Assembly (NCBI RefSeq): GCF_036971445.1
Contig: NC_091471.1
Coordinates: 70,618,001 to 70,682,000, forward strand
Length of the DNA stretch: 64,000 nt
Direction: 5' to 3'
From: Narcine bancroftii
Lineage: Eukaryota
Part shown: one piece after another, positions 49,217 to 61,999 of the stretch
Layout: every line of letters starts with the position of its first letter
Numbering within the stretch: position 1 is the stretch's first letter
Position numbers and translations under genes: made by a program
Notes under the pieces: model-generated
Database searches by the model: none
Told to the model about the DNA's origin: nothing
Seen by the model: only the letters and a program-made list of their open reading frames with translations

Positions 49217-52200
49217 TTACAAGCGAGGCCAGTTCGCCTGCCTAATGGCGTGCCGCCACACAGAACCCCAAGAACTGGCGCTGATGTCCTTTATAGTCGG
49301 GCGGCCTTGCTTCTTGGGGTGAGCCACAACTACTGGTTCGGTGGGGTCGAGGTGTGCTAGCTTCAGCCTGTCCACCATAAACAGTTCCCTCCTACCACCG
49401 ATGTCGAGCATGAATGTGGACCCTGAATGCTGGACGACTTTGTATGGCCCTTCATAAGGCCTCTGCAGAGGTGCCGTGGACGGGCCTCGCTGAATAAAAA
49501 TGTACTTGATGGAATGCAGCTTGCTGGGGACGTAAAAGGCCCACGTGCCGTGTCTGGGCAGTGGTGGGGGTGCAATGGAGCCCAAATGGGCCCAGAGGTG
49601 GGGGAGTAGCTCATACGGTGACTGCTGAGGGTTGTGAGGTGCGTTGATGAACTCACTGGGTAGCGCTAGCAGTGCACCGTAGACCAGTTCGGCTGATGAC
49701 GCCTGTAGATCTTGTTTGGGCATCAAGCAGATGCCCAGGAGTATGCAAGGCAATTTGTCCAACCATTCGGGACCAGTGAGGCGGGCCATAGGTGCCGACT
49801 TAAGGTGGCAGTGTAGTCGCTCGACCAGCCCATTGGCCTGCGGGTGATAGGCTGTGGTGCTGTGTAACTCGATCCCCAGCCTGTTAGCGAGCTGTGCCCA
49901 GAGCGCAGATGTGAACTGGGCGCCCCGATCGCTGGTGAGGTGATTTGGGACACCAAACCAGGTGACCCGTGCAACAGCGCTCGGGAGCAGGAGTCCATGG
50001 AGGCATCTGGCATCGGGATCGCCTCGGGCCAACAAGTGGTCCAGTCCACCATCATGAAAAGGTAACGGTTACCCCGAGAAATGGGTAAGGGCCAGACGAT
50101 GTCCACATGAATGTGCCTGAACCATTCCCGGACGTGCTCGAACTCCTGTATGTGCGCTCTAGTGTGCCTGTGCACCTTGGACAGCTAGCAATGGGTGCAG
50201 GTTCTGGCCCAGCCCATGATCTGCTTCCACAGCCCATGCCAGATGAAATGCTCTGCCTTCAAATGGACCGTGGGCCTGATGGAAGGGTGCAAAAGGTCAT
50301 GTATATGGTGGAATACTTGCCTGCGCCTCTGCTGGGGAACCACTGGTCGCAGGGTGCCCATGGAGACATCAGCCAGGATGGTGCTCTCACTGCTAGGAGC
50401 CAGGAGGTCCTGGAACTGCAGGCCCATGATGGCAGTCCTGAAGGCTCATGTCTCCTTCCCAGACTTCTGGTCCCGGGCGAGCTGGTTGAAGTTGAGGCCG
50501 GGTGTCAGCGCGCAGATGGCTGGTTGTGCGAGTGCATCGGCGACCACTTTGTCTTTCCCCGCCCTGTGCCAAATGTCGGTGGAAAACTCTGACACAAAGG
50601 AGAGATGACGCTGCTGGTGGACCGACCAGGGATCCTTTGCCATGGCGAGTGCCTGAGTGAGAGGTTTGTGGTCAGTATAGGTGGTAAAAGTCCTTCCCTC
50701 CAAGAAATAGCAGAAATGCCGCACCGCCAGGTACATGCCCAGTAACTCATGGTCGAAAGCGCTATACTTGCAATCTGGTGGGCAAAATAGCCGGCTGAAG
50801 AACGCCAGTGGCTTCCACTGTCCATTCACTTGCTGCTCCACGATGGCGCCAACAGCTGTGGCAGAGGCATCAACAGAGAGTGCTATATGCAGGTCAGTAT
50901 GTGGGTGGGCGAGCATGGTAGCCTTCGTGAGGGCATCCTTCATGGCATTGAATGCCCTGCAGGCCTCTGGAGTCCAGGCAAGTGTTTTGTGTTTGGCCGC
51001 AATGAAGGCGAAGAGCGGCTGCATGATGCACGCAGCGCCTGGGATGAAATGGTTGTAGAAGTTGACCATACCCGTAAACTCCTGCAGCACCTTGAGGTTG
51101 TCCAGGTGTGGGAACTCCTTGATTGCAGTGACCTTCGTAGCAGCAGGCATGGCTCCTTTGGCCGTGATGGTATGGCCCAGGAACTGCATGGACTCTTTCC
51201 CAAACTGACACTTGGCTGGGTTGATCGTGAGGCCAAAGTCGGCCAGTCGGGAGAAGAGGGAGGGCAGGTGGGCCTTGTGTTGCTCCCGATTCCCGCTGGC
51301 AACCAGGATGTCATCCAAGTAAATGAAGATGAAATCTAAGTCCCTGCCTATTGAGTTCATAAGGCGCTGGAAGGTCTCGGCAGCGTTCTTGAGTCTGAAC
51401 AGCATGCAAAGGAATTCAAAGAAGCCAAAGGGGGTGATTATAGCTGTCTTGGGTATGTCCTCGGGGTGCACCGGGATTTGGTGATACCTGTGCACCAGGT
51501 CGACCTTGGAGAATACCCTCGCACCATGCAGGTTGGCCGTAAAGTCCTGGATGTGAGGGATCGGGTAACGGTCAGGAACTGTCGCCTCATTGAGCTGCTG
51601 GTAGTCTCCGCAGGGGTGCCAGCTGCCAGAGGCTTTTGGGACCAGGTGGAGTAGTGAGGGCCAAGGGCTGTTGGAGCGCTGAATGATCCCCAGCTCCAGC
51701 AGATGCGAAAACTCTGCCTTCGCCACCTGGAGCTTATCCAGCAGGAGCTGGCTTACCTTGGCGTGGACCTTGGGTGGGGATGTGATGGTACAACCTGTGG
51801 CACGGTGAGACAGCAGAGAACTGTGGCTTGAGGAGGGCCAGAAACTTGTCCAAGATACGCTGGAACTCTTCCTTGGGCGTGTTGATCATGGCCATCTGCG
51901 GCTGTTCTGTGTGGGAGGCATTGAGGCAAATGGCCTGAAAGGTACTGGCATCTACCAGGTGCCTACCCCAAATGTCAACCAGGAGCCCGTGGGTGAGGAG
52001 GAAGTCAGCATCCAGAATTGTGGTCGGAAGGGACGAGATGGTGAACCTCCACGAAAACTTGCTGGCTAATCTGGAAGTGGATGGTCTTTTCTCCATATGT
52101 CCAGATTTCTGTTGCATTGGCTGCACGGAGGGGAGGTCCTCGAGGCAGTTTCCTGGACTCGATGGCTGTGGCTGGAATGACGCTGATCTGGGCCCCAGTT

Positions 52201-52267
52201 TCCCTGGAACGAGCAGGGCTGACGACACTTCTGACCTTTGGCTCCCCATCGCTGGAGGTAGAAGCAA
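49217..52267 (-). pseudogene. pol: Gypsy pol (PR remnant-RT-RNaseH-IN), frameshifted
   Basis: Track ORFs 51734-52267, 50446-51726, 50185-50427, 49723-50175 and 49217-50035. Confidence 0.93.
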
Positions 52268-52580
52268 AGGCCCAGAGCAGATGCCTTGCCTCTGGTTATG
52301 TTCTTTGTGGCCCCTGGTGTTCTACTGCCTGTGAGCACCCGCTTGATGGTCCCGAATTTATCTTCCATGGGTGGGTGTTGAACGAGGTGCAGCACACGTT
52401 TGTTGGTCGCCTGGTCCAGGGCAGTGACCACATGGTAGAACCTGTCGTGTCTGGTGGAGGTGAAACTGAGCCTCTGCATGGCTGAACCAGGTCTCTGGCT
52501 CCTGCACCCAAAGATCAGGGAGCTTGATGGCTATAGCACTGACCAAAGGGTCACTCATGTTGGGTTCAAAGGCGTTTGAA

Positions 52581-52596
52581 CCTGTTGGAGTCACCA
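52581..52596 (-). promoter_or_regulatory. Primer-binding site, tRNA-Trp-like
   Basis: TGGTGACTCCAACAGG lies 2 nt downstream of the 5' LTR; the canonical Trp PBS begins TGGTGACCCCGAC. Confidence 0.75.
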
Positions 52597-54289
52597 ATTG
52601 TAGTGGCAGATACACTGCTAACTGAAATAAAACACAACCAGACGGGTTGAGCTCAGTGAGCAGAACTGATTTATTGCAGGCTGCCTGACTGGCCTTATAC
52701 TCCCAGCCCGGACCTTGCTGAGAACCACGCTAGGGGTGCTAACGTCACCAGAGCGTGACGTGGATCCCCAAGCGCGGGCTTCTGAGCCCGGTGCTGAGGT
52801 CGAAGGGGAAATCCCCAATGGCGCCATTTTGGCCGGCTGCCCCGCCGCGTGTGTTACAAGCGGGGCCGGTTCGCCTGCCTAACAGCGTGCCGCCACAGTT
52901 GTATAGTTTTGCTGAATCTATAAAGCATTACTAACTAAAGGAAAAATGATGTACATAAATAAATAGTTTCAATGATCGACAAACAGATATAATGAGCATG
53001 AAAATAGTCGATAAAGAACTCCAAATTTTAAGAAAATTAGTGTTAGCATATAATGTGGAACACCTGATCATTTTCTTGGTAGGGGGTCAGAGTTCTTTTT
53101 TTTTTGTCATTCTGACAACATTGTATGGAAATGTACTTATATTCTTCATTTTCGGCAATCTTGTGTTCTCTATGCAATATGTGCTTGCTATATACAACTC
53201 AATAAAGAGAGAAAACTTGGCTGAATAGGTGTATGATCTATTGATCATTGGGAGATCAGAGGTGGAGAGGATGAGCAAATTTAAGTTCTTGGGAGTCATT
53301 TTCTCGGTGCATCTTTCCTGGACTCAACATACTAATGGCACAGAGAAGAAAGCTCATCAGAGCCTGTACTTCCTCAGGAGTTTGTGGAAGCTTGGTATGA
53401 CATCAGAAACCCTGGCAAATTTCTACAGATACGTGGTGGAAAATGTGCTGACTGGCTGCATCACAGACTGGTATGGGGACACTCACACTACTGAGCATAA
53501 ACACCTGCAAAAGGTATTGGGCACAGCCCAGGACATCAGAGACAATACCCTCCACACCATTTAGAACAACTGCAGGGAATGTTGCAGCTGTAGAAGTGCA
53601 GTAATCATCAAAGTTTCACACCATCCAGTATACACTCTGTTCTCACTGCTGTCATCAGGAAAGAGGTTTAGGTGCCACAAGACTCGCACAACCAGGTACG
53701 GGAACAGCTGCTACCCCTCCACTATCAGGCTCCTCAACAACCAACTCAATCAGGGATTCATTTAAGAACACTTACTTTGCCCTGTATTGATTTTTTTTCC
53801 CTCTCTGTATGGCAGTCACTTTGTTTACATTTCTTTCTTTGTTTAAATGTGTGTAGTTTTGCACTACAAATAAGTGGTAATTCTGCCTCACCCACAGTTA
53901 AAAGAATCTCAGGGTTCTATGTGATGTTATGTATGTACACTGACAATAAATCTGAAATCTGATTTGTTTTGGAGTAACCTTTGGTCAGAGGTATGACCTG
54001 TGTTATATAGGAAAACAGTAAACAGCAATTGTTTTTAAACCCTTCTATGTAATAAATTACAAACAAAAATTCTGTAATTGTCAGTTGTAAATAACCATCC
54101 ATGTTCTGAGACCTAACCAATTTACAAATGCTGGTGACTGCTTGAGAAGGAATTGCAACACATTGTAATTTTTTATGTCCTTTAAAGTGCAATGGCAGTG
54201 TTTTGATTGCTTACCAGGCGAAAAAGCTGACTTTGAGCCAAAAAAAAGGATCTTGTAACCAAAAACATTCAAAAAAATAATATTTGAAG

Positions 54290-54430
54290 GAGGAGAAACA
54301 CAAGGGACTGTAGGTGCTGGAGTCCGAAGCAAAAAAAACCAAGCAGTGAGGCAAACTCAGCGGATTGGGTACTATCGGTGGAGAGGAAAAGAATGGTCAA
54401 AGCTGCAGGTCCGAACCCTTCTCAGGATGT
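54290..54430 (-). mobile_element. Degenerate Penelope PLTR fragment
   Basis: CTGTAGGTGCTGGA..AAACTCAGCGG..CCCTTCTCAGGA, homologous to the other copies. Confidence 0.55.
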
Positions 54431-54784
54431 GGAGGAGGGTTTTTTGAAGAAATATGGATGGAAAGCTTTTGGATGGAATCCCAAAAAGGGAGGAAGGTAT
54501 AGTGGGGTGATGTGACCACGTACGATAAACTGGAGGCAGAGTAACCAAGAATTTAGAGTTTCAAGAAGCAGAAATGCATCTGGGAACATGCGTGTTCAAG
54601 TGGCAAATTAACTTGATAGAGATAAACTTAAGTTGATCATACAAAAACAAAGCAGAGGAGATGATTTCATCTGGTAACTAGGATTGCAAAACATCATGTC
54701 CTGTCATAGTTCTGTAGGATCTTCATTAGGCCACTCTAGGTTTTGAATGAACGTATCTATTAAATAGATTTTTTTCCAAAATTA

Positions 54785-55010
54785 GACATATAGCTCTGAA
54801 ATAGGCCAATTTAACTCTCTGAATCTGTCACCCATTTTTCACCCATTAACATACACCCAGTTTGTTTTTTGAAGGGATTGAGGAAACCAGGGCCCCCAGG
54901 GAAAACCCACGCAGACAAATTCCTTATAGACAGCGCAGGATTCAAACCCAGGTCCAGTCCTGATTGCTGGCGCTGTAAAGGTGTTGCGCTAATCCCTGTG
55001 CCAACCATGC
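54785..55010 (-). mobile_element. V-SINE, second copy
   Basis: Colinear with 28935-29175 (GGAAACC.GG..CCCC.GGGAAAACCCACGCAGAC, GGATTCAAACCC). Confidence 0.8.
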
Positions 55011-56048
55011 TGCCTATATTGTACAAGAATACAATGTATGATGAGGTTAGACAGAGGTTAATGGAGAATGTTTACACAGAGCATAAACAGTGGAATTAGC
55101 TAGTTGAGCCAATTGGCCAGATTCTATTTCCTGCATATGTGTTGTATTTTATGATTTATGCATAGTTCTGAGAGTTTTACATAACACTGAAAGATTGAGA
55201 TCCAAGTTAGTGAGGACAGAAATAACAGAAAAGTTGGATGGATTGAGGCTTGTGGAAGGATGGAAAGTGGAAAGTCTGGAAAATTCTTGTTTGGAGATGA
55301 AAGACATTTCTGAGATTTCAACAACTAAATGGTACTTACCTGAGAACAAGATATCATCAGAAATATTTTGAGACTTTTGGAGAATAGTTAATAATGAATT
55401 TATAAATCTGTTTCTGTTTTTGACTGGGATGACTCTGCCAAGTCTTGTTCATGTGGCATACATTTCTGCATCATGTGGATCCAAAGCATATAAATTAGTA
55501 CTTACTTATAGAAATTAATAATTTAACAAATCCAGTGACACTGTTGAAGAAGACTTGGCTCAATACATGTACCTATCACATGCGAAATTGTAAATGATTA
55601 AATATTCAGCCAAGCCATTTTCCACTTTTAAAATTTCTAATAAGAGGCTAATTATCATTTGATCAACTGTTCACTTGCATCAATTTTAGAGCATATTAGG
55701 CAGCTCAATGTTTGTTTTGCGATAACTTGAACTAAGCAATAATTGTTTTAATTTTCCTACCATAAAATGACTTCCTACCATATTAATTTAATCTTTTTGC
55801 TTCTTCTTTCAATAAGAATAGATCTACTTCTATGTAAAATTTGGCGATTTTTGGAATATTTGTAATTGTAGGTCTGCACTGCCAGAAGCTAAATTGGAAC
55901 TTTCCTGAGCTCATTTCATTTGGGATGCTTAAAGACCAAGCACACATTTGTCCCAACAGCTTAGGATGAATTCTCTTCTAAGTTTTCAAGATGAATGGAT
56001 GCTGTGGTTCTCAAGTCCCAAATTACCTGGTGCATTCCACTCACAGCA

Positions 56049-56117
56049 TACCATTTCTTTACCATTTCTTTACCATTTCTTTACCATTTCTTTACCATTT
56101 CTTTACCATTTCTTTAC
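56049..56117. repeat. Perfect 11-bp tandem repeat (ACCATTTCTTT)x6
   Basis: Six identical head-to-tail units with no spacers. Confidence 0.97.
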
Positions 56118-57589
56118 TTGACACTGTTATTCTGTCATTGGAATCAGAACATTTTTTTAACACCAGAGAAACAGCAGATATGACTACTTTTGATTAAAAA
56201 TAGCTACAGGTTTATGTTGCCAGGTGCTTGACAAAAATAATTGTTATTCTCAACTGTAGATCATTGGAAAATTCATCAGCTGTTGAATGCATCTCTAAAA
56301 ATTAAGAAGTGATGAGATGACATGAAACGGTAGCTGTATTTCCTCAAAGGAGTTTTAGATCATAATTTTCTCCCAATCATCTAGTGCATCCAACATTTGT
56401 GCTGACCACAGGACTTCCATTTCCATTTCCAAACTGTTCTGTTGGCAATCATAGCTGTCCAAAGCAGTTGGCTTTCTTTTTTGTTGTTGTTGTTGCTTCA
56501 GTAAGGGATTAATTAGCCAAGAATCTTGTTGTTGAACTTATTTTCATTGATTCTATTGGAAATCATTTGTGGTGATTTCTGTGAGGAAATAGTCCCAAAA
56601 TACTGCCCTTTCTGAATTACATCAACACATGAAGGGTATGCCAGAAGATGAGTAACATGTACACAATCCTTTCAGCACCTTCAAGAGTATGCTGGATTCT
56701 TCAAAACCTTGTTTTCTATTGCCATCATTTCACTGTCCTTTACACTAATAGTTGAACAGTTGCATATCCATTGTTGAAGTATTTTCTATTTTAAATAATT
56801 TTCCAGCCAGATTTTTCCTGTCCATATTTTGCAGTGAACATTAGAACATCAAGAAATCTCAATTACTCAAGGTAGATCTAATGCATAAATAGCACTGTAC
56901 ATCATGTTGCCATAGAAACACCGTGACACATTATAAATGTGTTTTCACCCACTGGGATTAACAGTGTGAATTGTGCAATTTACTGCTTAAGTGTATTATT
57001 AGGTTATGTTTGTGTTATGTTCTGAAGCATTTTATGAATAGAATTGCAGTTCAGAACTGGAGAAGCTTGGTATTTTTGTTTACTGAATTTAAGGTAGTAT
57101 ATTTTTATCCTAAATTGTACTAAATATTTTGAGTTGAAAGTAAAATTGTGCACGAAACAATGTGCATTGGCATTTGCAGGTTTGCCTTGTTTATTTGTGC
57201 ATCTTCTGCAATGATTTGCATGTAGAAGTGATGTTGATTATGTAATTTGTTGTTTTATTACATAATGATAGGAAATAACTGCAAGACACCCTTGCACCAG
57301 TTAGAAGTAACCCATCATAACTAGTCATGGTGCACTAACTATGGAGGTGACCACTATATACATTTATTGAATGTCCATATTACTAGGAGTCATTGTCTAG
57401 GTTGGTTCATAAGGCAATCCCAAACCCTCATGAATATTTATGGGTAAGACTGGTCCTCAGATTAAAGAGGTATAAACTTAATTACAACACCATTTGGCAG
57501 AAACTGGAAAATGAAGGTTTGGAGTGACTGGTTGAGGGTAAGTCCACACCTCAGTTATGGGTGTCCTTTAAAGGACAGCTGATTAGTGT

Positions 57590-57860
57590 TCAATGAAGCG
57601 CAAAGGACTGAAGACACTATGATTGTAGTATAAACATAGAAATACTCAAGGAACTCACCAGGTGTCGCAGCATCCATAGGAGGTAAAGATATATAACCAA
57701 AGTTTTGGTCCTGAGACCTTCTTCGAGGTATTGGTAAAAGGCAGGCAGGTACCTGAATTAAAAGTCTGGGGAGAAGGAAAGAAAAGGCAAGGGGAGGAGT
57801 ACAGACCAAAGACAAAAGGTGTTAATTGAATATGAATAGGAGGACAGGAGAGAGGAAAGG
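57590..57860 (-). mobile_element. Penelope PLTR fragment
   Basis: Reverse complement of 60100-60360-like sequence, including a degenerate hammerhead core ~57700-57730. Confidence 0.72.
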
Positions 57861-58879
57861 AGGTTAGAGTTCAGGCCTAGTGTATTCCTGTGAGGATGAA
57901 AGATGTATTTCTCTTCATAGAGTTGGAAGTAAAAACATTGCTTCCAAAAGATTCTGTGAGAATTTCCTGAGCAGAAAGCTTCAACCCCTCCAGTCGTTCT
58001 TCTCTGGCCAAGGGAGCTGATGCAGCAGCTCCTGTCTAGTAATATCAGCACAGCTGCTTCTGTGTTGCTTCAAAAATTAAGGCAGCTTTCACTTTAGTCA
58101 TTTGTGAGAAAAAACTGTAACTTCAATAAACCCAAACTCCAATTAAATTGGACCCATTTCACTCTCCTCCTAATAAAACCCTGACCAGCATACAAGGACC
58201 CCTTTAAATAGTTTAAGTGGAACATTTTTTCCTTCTATACAAGCCTGATGTCCTACTCCAAGTCCATTAGGGTAGACTGCATTTGTGCAGTTCTCTGCTG
58301 TAGGACAAGTGTATGATGACTATTGCACAAGGATACTCCCTGCATCAACTGTGTCCATGATATGAATTTATGATGAGAGTTGATTGGCATATACATAAGT
58401 ACAATGTACAGGTTCCAAACAAATTCTTGTTGCAGCTACATAGGAAAGTTATTTCAAAAATATGCTATTACAATATTGCAGATAGATCTCTGGTTGTCCT
58501 AGAGGGGGTTATGGTCAGGGTAGGAAAGGGTTCAAGAGAATTGTTTATACACAAAGGTGCTGGAGAAACCCAGTAGGTCCTTCAATGTCCATGGGAGGCA
58601 AATAACCAATGTTTCCAGTACCTGTTCAGTTTCTCCAGCATCTGCAGACATTCTTGTTTCACTTTGTCTTTTAGCTGTTGGGGGGGGAAAAAAAATCTTG
58701 AACATAGAAGTGCCAGACTTCAGGCTTCTTTACCTTCTGCCTAAAGATAGCAATGAGAAGAGTGGGTGACCAGACTAGTGTCTCACATGTTGGTGCCCAT
58801 GATGGACTAGGGTAAGTCTGTCTCTTTTACTGCCTTCTGTGATCCTAGGCACTCAAATTTCCAAAGCTTGCCAGATCAT

Positions 58880-60360
58880 CAGACATGCCCAGGATGAGGT
58901 CTTCCTTGCCACGTCATTAGTGATTACCTCTTTTTTTCAAACAACATGGCTTCCCCTCTATCACCATCAACTCAGTCCTCATCTGCTTATCCTCCATTAC
59001 TCACATCTGCTCTTGCCCCCTACAACCCCATGAGCCTCACCTACCATCCCACCAACCACACCACCAGCCTCCACATGCAACATATCATCTACCACCATTT
59101 TGGTCATCAACTATGTGATCCAACCACCAGAAATGTATTCCCCTCTCCTCCTTTTTCAGGGACTCCTCTATCTGTGACTCTCTCTTTCATTACTCAACCA
59201 ATCAACCCCTAGGCACTTTCATCTGTAACCGCAGGTAATGCTCCACCTGTGCCCATACCTCCTCCCTCCCCACCATTCAATGCTCCAAGTGAAGCAACAA
59301 TTCATTTGTGACTCAGCAGGGGGCATTATTCTCTGGAGCATAGAAGGTTGAGTGGTGATTCAAAATTATAAGGGGGACAGATAGTCAATGTGGATAGGCT
59401 TTTTCCACTGAGAGTGGGGGAGATTCAAACAAGAGGACATGGATTGCGAGTAAAAGAGGAAAAGATTAGGGGAAATATGAGGTGGAATTTCTTCACGCAG
59501 AGGGTGGTGGGGGTATGGAATGAACTTCCTGCAGTGGTAGTAGGAGTGAGATTGATGTAAATATTCAAGGAAATGTTGGATAGGAATAAGGATGGGATAG
59601 GTGTGGAGGGTTATGGTCCAAATGCGGGTTAGTGGATCTAGGTGGGAGAGGATGTTTGGCATGGACTAGTAGGGCCAAACTGGCCTGTTTCTATGCTGTA
59701 AATGGCTATATGGTTATCTACCAAGTCCAATGCTCCTGTTATGGTCTCCTTTACAATGGAGGGGCTAGATGCAGGCTCTCTGATGTGAACCTTGGCTTTG
59801 CAATAGTGTGGATTTCCCAATGGCCACCATTTCAATTCCTTGCCCTGTTCACTTGTTGACATGTCTGACCGTGGTCTCATGCACTGCTAGACTGAGACCA
59901 CCCGCAAATTGGAGGAACAATAACTCGTATTCCATCTGGGCACCCTCCAACCGGATGGCAATAGGATTGACTTCTCTGGTTTCAGTTGGACCGCACTCCA
60001 TCTTTCCCTACTTCTCCATTCCTCCAGATATCTCTCTCTCTCTCTTCGCTTTCCCCTCTATCTCCTTTCACAGCCAAAATCAACCCCCCCCCCCCCATAA
60101 ATTTGTACCTTTCTTCTCTCTTGTCTTTGAATGATACACAATTAATACCTTTTGTCTGTGTTCCTCCCCCTCTCATTCTTCCCTATTCCCCAGTCTTTTT
60201 AATGCAGATACCCGTCTTCTTTTTACTTTTACCTCGAGGAAGGGCACAGGCCTGAAATATATCTTTATCTCCTATGGACACTGGAAGATCTGCTGAGTTC
60301 CTCCAGCATTTCTGTGGTTTTTTTTAACTACAATCACAGCATCTGCAGGCTTTTGTGTTT
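58880..60360 (+). mobile_element. Penelope-like element 3' part (RT thumb, GIY-YIG, PLTR), interrupted by CR1
   Basis: LTYHPT..MQHIIYHHF..DPTTRNVFPSPP and KQQFICDSAG|YQVQCSCYGLLY; PLTR at 60230-60360. Confidence 0.82.
59326..59717 (+). mobile_element. CR1 3' end inserted in the GIY-YIG domain of the Penelope element
   Basis: SLEHRRL, TRGHGL, NFFTQRVVGVWNELP and GGGCCAAACTGGCCTGTTTCTATGCTGTA tail. Confidence 0.9.
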
Positions 60361-60884
60361 CAGTATCCTTTCCACAGTGCATCAGTGGGTTTCATAGATT
60401 TTTCTAGTATTTGCCAACATACCAGATCTCTTCAAACTCTTTGGAAAGCAGAACGGTTTCCTGAATGCAATGACCTCAGGAGAAGTTCTCTGATATATGG
60501 GATGACCAAGAACTTGAAACTAATGACCCTCTCCACCACTTTCCAACTAATGAAGAGAGGTACGTGGCAATTCAGTGCATTGGCTGGGCAAGGCATGCAA
60601 TACAATTGCATGATTTAAGTGGTGCTCACAGATGTCCCCTGGCACAGCCATTCTTAACCTTTCTTTTGGCTGTGGCCCCTTCGGAGCCCCTTAGTTGATT
60701 TCTTCTGTATTTCTCTCATACCATCTACATCAAAAAAGTTTAAAATATTTACCGTATGTTACTTGAGGTTCAAAGAAAACAAGACATTTATACTGAGCAT
60801 AACAACTGTGGGTTATGATTCCAGAACCGACAAATAGGAAATCATTCTTATTGAACATGTAAGAAAGAAGAAAACATGAACGTA

Positions 60885-61999
60885 CAATACAACTCTGATA
60901 ATAACAAAAAATCGGCCGGATGGGGACTATGTTGGATAAATAGTTTTATCAGAGACCTGGTCATTTTTTAAAAAACAGCACAGTGGCAACTGCGAATCAC
61001 TTTAAGCAACAACAAATAATAAGGGAAGGCTCTTTAAGCATTAAAATAATGTTTAATTTTCACCAATAAATGCTGGCTGCGGCCAATCCTGATACATCTC
61101 ACGTGCTGCAGGAGATCACCGACACAAACCCAACCACCACCGCTGATAACCGAGACCTCTCAACCGTCACCGCTGATCACCGACACCAACTCAACCACCA
61201 CCGCTGATCACTGAGACCTCTCAACCGTCGCTGCCAATCACCGACACCAACCCAATCACCACCATTGCCGATCACCGACACCAGCCCAACCGTCGCCGCT
61301 GATCACCGACACCAACCCAATGATCACCGCCGATCATAAAGACCTCCCAACCGCCAGTGGTGATCACCAACACAAACCCAATGCTGCCACCGATCCCGGA
61401 AAGGTGCTGGTGGAACACTCACTGGTGAGTCGGCAGGCTCCTGTTTACCCAGTCACCAGAGCTCCCAATGCAGGAGTCCCGACTCCAAATCCTACCTAGG
61501 CCTATGCACATGTACACCAGGGAGTCTGGTATATTTGCGGAGTAGTAGTACGAGGGGAGAGTTTGGAATTGGTGACGCCATCCAGTGTGCCAGGGAGGGA
61601 GAGAAGGAGAGGGAATCCCACTGAGCCTGAAGTCCAGCTCTTCCTGGGTGGCTGCTCTCCTTGGTGACATTGGAACAAGGGTTTCTTCTGACTGGTTGCA
61701 GCTGAGAGACAGTGGCACACAGTTTGAGAGGGACAGTTGAAGAGAAAAGTCAATAGAAGAAGGTAAAGAAGAAATGGAATGAGAGAGGAGAGGTAGTTAC
61801 CTGAAACGAGGATGATCATCGTTCTCATTTCCTGTTGAATCATTTTTCAACCTGTGAGGTCAGTTCAGCCCTGAAAAATTTTGGATGAAATAGGATTTCT
61901 GATTTGCTTTGGATATCCTCATTCATCCAAAATGTAAAAATAAATTTGGATAAATGAGGATTTCAGAGAATCTGATTTCAGATAATCAGAGTTGTACTG
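60885..61999. mobile_element. Tigger/pogo-type non-autonomous element nested in the hAT
   Basis: TIRs CAATACAACTCTGATAAT and ATAATCAGAGTTGTACTG, with TA on both flanks. Confidence 0.82.
61112..61395. repeat. GC-rich minisatellite, ~30-bp unit (CCGCTGATCACCGACACCAACCCAACCRYCA), ~9 diverged copies
   Basis: Recurrent GATCACCGACACCAACCCAACC at ~30-bp spacing. Confidence 0.9.

Larger units (their letters stand above)
48972..52897 (-). mobile_element. Near-complete Gypsy LTR retrotransposon (CsRN1-like) with both LTRs
   Basis: LTRs at 52599-52897 and 48972-49260 (TGT..ACA). PBS TGGTGACTCCAAC, gag KLPDLWVQEPETWFSHAEAQF, RT ([19 protein letters not shown]), RNaseH (DAS..ELLG..TDHKPL), IN (TSDRGAQF, YHPQANGLVER, YEGPY). 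Contains frameshifts and internal deletions. Confidence 0.96.
48838..53962 (+). mobile_element. Rex/Babar-type LINE (48838-48957 and 53213-53962) split by later insertions
   Basis: SLLYLLYTYD..TVVGCI on the left; VERMSKFKFLGV..LYFLRSL..FYRYVVENVLTGCITDWYG on the right; AAACTT repeated at both junctions. Confidence 0.8.

Noticed and set aside
56049-56117. CRISPR-like array
   Set aside because: 11-bp units are head-to-tail with no spacers, in a eukaryotic context with no cas genes.
61112-61395. CRISPR-like array or repeat protein
   Set aside because: The whole ~30-bp unit is repeated with drift and has no unique spacers; it lies inside a MITE.
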